DNA from: an uncultured delta proteobacterium
Lineage (GTDB): Bacteria > Desulfobacterota > Desulfobacteria > Desulfobacterales > QNYZ01
NCBI GenBank assembly: GCA_963845145.1
Contig: CAWJQU010000005.1
Span: 160,001 to 224,000, forward strand
DNA length: 64,000 nucleotides
Reading direction: 5' to 3'
This document shows positions 59,086 through 64,000 of this stretch, piece after piece; the stretch's first letter is position 1; every line of letters starts with the position of its first letter. The notes beneath the pieces were generated by a model. That model saw nothing but the letters and a program-made list of their open reading frames with translations. It was not told where the DNA came from and did no database searches. A program made the translations under genes and the position numbers.

Positions 59086-59841
59086 TTAAAAGTCGATAAT
59101 TTTATTTTCCAAGGCGATTACCACAGCATGGGTGCGGTTCATGGCATTCAATTTTTGACGGATATTATTGGCGTGATAATTAACGGTTCTCTGACTGATT
59201 TGTAAAATCCGAGATATTTCGTAATTTCCTTTTCCCTCCTTTAGCCATTTTAAGACTTCCAACTCTCTGGCTGTAAGCCGATAATGAATGCCCGGCTTTT
59301 TATTGTCCAGAATGCGGCTCCACTTTTCACATAGAAACGGCACGACTTGTCGAATAATCATTCGTGTTCGAGGCGTGTTATTCATTTGCTTGCCGGCAAA
59401 ATAATAGGCAACCATATGATCTTTATTAAAATCAGGAATTCCATGAGTAAAGCCTTCCTTTAGACCACAGTCCTCCGCTTCCTGGTAAACAATATTTTTA
59501 TGGTTGTTAAAATGTCGCTTATGGACATCAGACCAATATTGAATTTTTTGTGTTGTTGCCAGTTCAATGGCCATGGGATCAATACGGTGGTACCCTCTAT
59601 CCAAATATCGCTTTAGATATATTTCCGGGTAAGAAATATTTTTTATATCATAAGTCGCTTTTGGAGTCGTAAAGGCTATCTTGATATTAGCCCTGGCACA
59701 TGTGGAAAACTCAAAAGGAATTAATTTCCTGAATTTTAATACATGAGCTTTCAGTTCATCCTCATTTTTACAGCCGAGCGTGCCGTAAATATATTCAAGT
59801 AGATCCAGTGTGTCTTTTTTAGATAGAATTTTCACCGACAT
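59086..59841 (-). CDS. LuxR-family regulator with autoinducer-binding domain
   Basis: YP…Y….Y..IDP…W…G and HTH LTARELEVLKW..EGK…TVNYH. Confidence 0.9.
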   Translation of the reverse strand: MSVKILSKKDTLDLLEYIYGTLGCKNEDELKAHVLKFRKLIPFEFSTCARANIKIAFTTPKATYDIKNISYPEIYLKRYLDRGYHRIDPMAIELATTQKIQYWSDVHKRHFNNHKNIVYQEAEDCGLKEGFTHGIPDFNKDHMVAYYFAGKQMNNTPRTRMIIRQVVPFLCEKWSRILDNKKPGIHYRLTARELEVLKWLKEGKGNYEISRILQISQRTVNYHANNIRQKLNAMNRTHAVVIALENKIIDF

Positions 59842-59849
59842 AAGCCTGA

Positions 59850-60668
59850 TTACCAATCAATGAGTTTCTTTTCCAGGGCAATAGCTACTGCATGAGTTCG
59901 ATTTCCGGCGTTAAGTTTTTCGCGGATGTTATTTGCATGGAAATTGACTGTCCGTTCAGAAATATTCAGGATTCTTGATATTTCGTAATTTCCTTTTCCC
60001 TCCTTAAGCCATTTCAATACCTCCAACTCTCTGTGTGTTAGTATTATTCGATTGTCGGCATTAAGGTGGTTAACTGGTGTGGTTATTCGCGTCATTGCGT
60101 GTGACAGGTGAGGGATTGTATACTTTAGAATCAAACGGGTGCGATTGTTGTTTTCAATACGTTGACCGGAAAAGCTGAAAAAATACTGAAAATCGTTTAT
60201 AGGACTACGTATGCCATAGGCAAAGCCATCATTCCTGCCAAAGGACTCAAGATCGAGCTGTAAGACCCGCTTAACCTCATCAGACATTGAGGATCTTTCA
60301 TATGCTTCCTGCCAATTCGTAACTTTTTGGGTCGTTTGATATTCAATTGCGACAGGGTCGGCCAAATATAATCCTTTCCCAAAATAATCTATAAGGAATT
60401 CATTGGAATCTCGAAAATTGAACCACTCAAGAGGATTGTGGGCTGGGTTACCATATCCTCCAAAAGCGTACTCGAATGGGAAAACATGGTCTAGTTCAAG
60501 GGTTGTTTTAATTAACCCTTCTTCAGAATGGCACATCGCCGCCTGATAGCATACTTCCAATAATTTCAAGATATCTCGTTTGGAAATGATGTTTATGAGT
60601 TTTCTGCAGTGGATCATGATCGAATGAACCGCCAGGAAAGAGTCGACTGCCATTTTTATATCAGACAC
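59850..60668 (-). CDS. LuxR-family regulator with autoinducer-binding domain (paralog)
   Basis: Y….LY.ADP…W…DG and HTH LTHRELEVLKW..EGK; start uncertain. Confidence 0.9.
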   Translation of the reverse strand: MSDIKMAVDSFLAVHSIMIHCRKLINIISKRDILKLLEVCYQAAMCHSEEGLIKTTLELDHVFPFEYAFGGYGNPAHNPLEWFNFRDSNEFLIDYFGKGLYLADPVAIEYQTTQKVTNWQEAYERSSMSDEVKRVLQLDLESFGRNDGFAYGIRSPINDFQYFFSFSGQRIENNNRTRLILKYTIPHLSHAMTRITTPVNHLNADNRIILTHRELEVLKWLKEGKGNYEISRILNISERTVNFHANNIREKLNAGNRTHAVAIALEKKLIDW

Positions 60669-60678
60669 CTAAGAAACG

Positions 60679-60698
60679 CACTGTCATTTCTGACAGGT
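60679..60698. promoter_or_regulatory. lux-box-like palindrome
   Basis: CA-CTGTCA-TTTC-TGACAG-GT immediately upstream of the luxR pair. Confidence 0.7.
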
Positions 60699-60872
60699 TA
60701 CAAGGTATTCCAAATTTGATATTTAAGTCAAGCGTTTAGGTTAATTTAAATGTTAACCTATTATAATGTACAGGAATAATTTGAGGACAAAGATTTCTAC
60801 ATATTTAACTTTCAAAGTTGTGCTTCATGCAATGGAAATGAAATTTACCAATTACACTGATGGGAGGTAGAA

Positions 60873-61199
60873 ATGACACTTACTGATGAAGATAGAAGAA
60901 AAATTGTAGAAGAAGAAAAATTGAAGAAACAAATGCAAGGCAAAAATGTAATCGTCGCCGTCATTCTTTCGGTAATTATTCCAGGTTTGGGCGACCTATA
61001 TTGTGGCAGTTGGATAAAAGCATTCATTTTTTTTGCTCTTTATGCACTATCGTTAATTCTATTACTTGCCATGGGTATAGGTATTTTTCTCCTAGTCCCC
61101 GTGTGGGTGTGTGGGTTAATATCTGCTTGGCTATCTGCAAATAAATCAGAAAAAAGAAAAATAAAAAAAGTTAAGAAGGCCTTGCCGATGGAGAGCTAG
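60873..61199 (+). CDS. TM2-like small membrane protein
   Basis: KN..VAVILS..IPGLG.LY.G motif; RBS GGAGG. Confidence 0.75.
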   Translation: MTLTDEDRRKIVEEEKLKKQMQGKNVIVAVILSVIIPGLGDLYCGSWIKAFIFFALYALSLILLLAMGIGIFLLVPVWVCGLISAWLSANKSEKRKIKKVKKALPMES

Positions 61200-61320
61200 G
61201 TTTATTTTTATGAAGACAGATCGCGAAAAGTCGAAACACTCAATGGTAGGAAAAATCTTTCAAAATTTTAAATTATCTTAGCAATATACAATATCACATT
61301 TCATAATCGTAGGAGGAAAG

Positions 61321-61587
61321 ATGGATAAGCTGTTATTTTGTTTACTGATGATAATGTTCTCAGAAATTTTCGTCGCATGTGCTACAACATCAAATATATC
61401 ACAGCTCTCAGGCAACCAATATCATATAGATGTACAGGCTGGCATTCCTGGGATCCGAACAGAAATGACCAAAAAATTTATAGAAACCGCCAGAGGGCAT
61501 TGTTTAAATTTTAATATAATTTCTCAACAATATGTTCCAAATCCAAATGGAACAGATCATTTGATCGGTGTTATTGAATGTAATTAA
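61321..61587 (+). CDS. Small putative lipoprotein
   Basis: RBS AGGAGG, lipobox FVAC and two further Cys. Confidence 0.7.
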   Translation: MDKLLFCLLMIMFSEIFVACATTSNISQLSGNQYHIDVQAGIPGIRTEMTKKFIETARGHCLNFNIISQQYVPNPNGTDHLIGVIECN

Positions 61588-61635
61588 ATTGTCGAATCGT
61601 TTTGACTCTTAGTTTTTATTATAAGGAGTACCTAA

Positions 61636-62655
61636 ATGAAAGATAATAAAGTTTATTCATCAACTTTACTGTTTCTTCTTACATTATTTATCATTATTCA
61701 GGGTTGTGTAGCGACAAATCAGGCCGTAAAAGAGAGAACCATTAATTACAGTATTGATAAACCTGAACCTACCGTTGCCTCGTATGAAGCTTTTGGAAAT
61801 TATTGGGGTAAAAAACATTTGGAACAAAATATTCGTCCAGGATGTCTGGAAGGACCTTGTTTAAAATCTTGTTGCATTGACATAACGGCGACACTCGGCT
61901 GTTTTGATAAAGAATTCATAAAAACTTTGATAGATAAAGAGCGCCTTAATTTTTTCTGGGTACATTCTGATTTAAAAGACGCATTCAAGAAAGGGTATCG
62001 TTTCGGTTTTCAGGACAGAACCGCTGATCTGGTTTTAGGCCCGCACCTAACGGTGGCCGCGGCCTGTATCGGCAATGCAATTTCGGCTAAGTTCGTTAAT
62101 GTGATAGAAATATTTGAAACGGGCTGGGCTGAGACTCTTAAAAGAGCAATTGATATATTCATCGTTTTGATATCGGAAGGCTCACAAGCTGATCGCGAAA
62201 ACTTTATACGAGAATTCACCTCAATCTATGCAAATAAGTATAATAAAAACCAAGATAAGATCCGAGCTGGGGGGTTTTTAACTAAAAAGTCTGAAGGCGG
62301 TACCGTCCTTTATATTGATGCGCGTAAAACGCTAACCGTTCTCAACATACCAACTCCACCCACTCTTAAAGCAGAAATTTATTTGCAAGCTTTTCGGGTA
62401 ATGGGTGATGAATGGGGAAAACGATTAAGCCACAACCTAATTAAGAGAAGCGAATTGATCGATTTATTGAGAAGAAGTAAAACTGCTCTGCAAGAAGTAC
62501 CAGAGAATAAAAAACCGATAGACAGATTGAAAGAAAATATGGGAATCATATACGGTGCTTTTATCAGCAGTTACGGAACAGATGCTAGTGGTGTCTTTTT
62601 GTCTATAATAAAAGAGGCTGGGTATAAAAATAATTTTACTCCTATCGATAAATAA
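61636..62655 (+). CDS. Putative lipoprotein of unknown function
   Basis: RBS AAGGAG, lipobox IQGC and a Cys cluster (C-x4-C-x3-CC). Confidence 0.7.
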   Translation: MKDNKVYSSTLLFLLTLFIIIQGCVATNQAVKERTINYSIDKPEPTVASYEAFGNYWGKKHLEQNIRPGCLEGPCLKSCCIDITATLGCFDKEFIKTLIDKERLNFFWVHSDLKDAFKKGYRFGFQDRTADLVLGPHLTVAAACIGNAISAKFVNVIEIFETGWAETLKRAIDIFIVLISEGSQADRENFIREFTSIYANKYNKNQDKIRAGGFLTKKSEGGTVLYIDARKTLTVLNIPTPPTLKAEIYLQAFRVMGDEWGKRLSHNLIKRSELIDLLRRSKTALQEVPENKKPIDRLKENMGIIYGAFISSYGTDASGVFLSIIKEAGYKNNFTPIDK

Positions 62656-62885
62656 ATCTTCACTTAGCAAATTTAGATTTATTCGCTGGGAAAAGGTGAC
62701 AATAGCAATCAAATTACGTAGAATTGAAATGCATGCTTAATATCAAAAAATAAAAACTAATAGGCTCATAAAAAGCTAAAGAGCCATATTCAGCTAATTT
62801 GGTAATTTTGGTTGAGATTTTACCATAATTGCAAAGAACTTTTTCATTCGTCCCTCAATTTGCTCTTTTACAATGCTGAGAAGTG

Positions 62886-62913
62886 CCAAGGGGAGGCTTT
62901 CAAACCTCCCCTT
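62886..62913. terminator. Hairpin between convergent genes
   Basis: AAGGGGAGG-CTTTCAAA-CCTCCCCTT. Confidence 0.6.
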
Positions 62914-62974
62914 TCCACCGATCCTGCCTGGATTTCGCGATCAACCCGCCTGAATTCCGCGATCAAATTGATCT

Positions 62975-64000
62975 TTATTCTAAACCAATTTCAGAAAATC
63001 TCCTTTGTTGTGTCTTTTTATTTCGATAAAGAAAAATATGATAAACCGTGCTGATCCAGAAAAGCAAAAACAGCGCTAATGATAATGGGGGCCAAATAAA
63101 ATAACAGGTAATCATTAAGCCAAAAAGTATAAATGGTGCCATCTTTGACCGGGCACATGTTTTAATTGTATCTTCATGGTGTTTTACCATGCCATATAAT
63201 CTGTTAAAACCGTTTTTCAACTTTCCTCGAATAAGAAATAAAACCCCGGCCAGGATGAAGAGGATAAACCACGTGGTAATCTTCGAGAGTTGGTGTCGGG
63301 AGTAAATCACTTTAAAATTCAATGGATCGTCTCCCTTTACAATGGTTTTAGCAAATCGATAGACCTGACCGCCTGTTGGAATTTTGATTTGAATCGGCAT
63401 GACCCCTGTGCCTGTTCCAGCACCATAAACGGATGTCGGGGATACCTTTTGCTGCTTAAGGCCACTCAGCCGTCCGCTGAACTCAAGCTCAGCAGCCATC
63501 TGGCTTGATATCTCTTCGGATTGAATCGGTATATTTGTAAAAGTACTTTGGTAATCTTTTCCGTTATAGGCCACGCCAAGCTGTTCCTGTTTCAATTCTT
63601 TGTTGTTTTTCTTCCTTGCCCGATAAAGGTCGTTCATCACTTTTTCATCATATTGCCGCTGATTATTTGAAAAAACATTAATACCCCGAATGATCTCTTC
63701 TTTTTCCAGGCTGCTGTCAAAATAATGATATGAAAAATCATTGGGCAGATATACCGACCAGATCAATTGGCTTGCAAGCAGATCAATTGACGGAAGCTGA
63801 GAGGTAAGAGAGCCCGACCAGCTAAACCTTTTTTTATTTAAACAATAGATAATCTCAATGGGAAAATCTTTGAGCAGACTGTTTTCCGATCGGGATTTAA
63901 TCAAAGGCACCAGAAGATTTCCCTGCATATTTAAAGAAGATTCTACCGGCTTCTCATCGACAAAAACACTCCAGACATCCGCCTTTGGGGGGAGGTTAAC
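62975..64000 (-). CDS. C-terminal part of a large hypothetical membrane-anchored protein (5'-truncated by window edge)
   Basis: Frame is open to 64000 (VNLPPKADVWSVFVDEKPV…); three C-terminal TM segments. Confidence 0.75.
   Translation of the reverse strand, partial: VNLPPKADVWSVFVDEKPVESSLNMQGNLLVPLIKSRSENSLLKDFPIEIIYCLNKKRFSWSGSLTSQLPSIDLLASQLIWSVYLPNDFSYHYFDSSLEKEEIIRGINVFSNNQRQYDEKVMNDLYRARKKNNKELKQEQLGVAYNGKDYQSTFTNIPIQSEEISSQMAAELEFSGRLSGLKQQKVSPTSVYGAGTGTGVMPIQIKIPTGGQVYRFAKTIVKGDDPLNFKVIYSRHQLSKITTWFILFILAGVLFLIRGKLKNGFNRLYGMVKHHEDTIKTCARSKMAPFILFGLMITCYFIWPPLSLALFLLFWISTVYHIFLYRNKKTQQRRFSEIGLE

Noticed and set aside
1..64000. Numerous 60-200 aa antisense or overlapping ORFs; tRNA, rRNA, prophage and intact IS elements
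   Set aside because: The shadow ORFs overlap well-supported genes, and no RNA-gene, phage or transposase signatures were recognised.

Overview
Gene-dense 64-kb chromosomal segment. Gene content and intergenic repeat types suggest an anaerobic deltaproteobacterium, probably a Desulfobacterales-type sulfate reducer (inference). No rRNA, tRNA or CRISPR array was seen. Main blocks, left to right: (1) pepT, a sigma54 response regulator and a divergent Liv-type ABC operon with visible enhancer sites and a -24/-12 promoter. (2) An RcoM-like PAS-LytTR regulator in front of FNOR (frameshifted)-cooF-cooS, where CooS has a CxxC D-cluster and no cooC is adjacent. (3) Directly next to it, a self-contained corrinoid methyltransferase module: corrinoid protein, MtaA/CmuA-type MT, CobW-like GTPase, MtrH/CmuB-type MT, RACo activator and NrtS-like membrane protein. 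It faces a divergent excisionase-HTH/MEDS (DcmR-like) sensor across a 10-bp-phased AACA repeat array. This is the best candidate for an undescribed system (anaerobic halomethane or methyl-sulfide C1 metabolism). (4) A decayed integron missed by the ORF track: frameshifted intI remnant, attI candidate, two attC sites, two cassettes and a truncated third, between direct duplications. (5) An AOR/ferredoxin/IclR/MetV redox locus, orphan EutA and a PLP-decarboxylase cluster. (6) A brnTA pair with cassette-like ends and a leaderless promoter. (7) FIST plus a truncated histidine kinase, a DEAD-box helicase with a leader terminator, AzlCD, an opine dehydrogenase/ABC operon and D-cysteine desulfhydrase. 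(8) Tandem LuxR solos with a lux-box palindrome, then AT-rich lipoprotein genes. All calls come from reading motifs by eye; no database searches were run.
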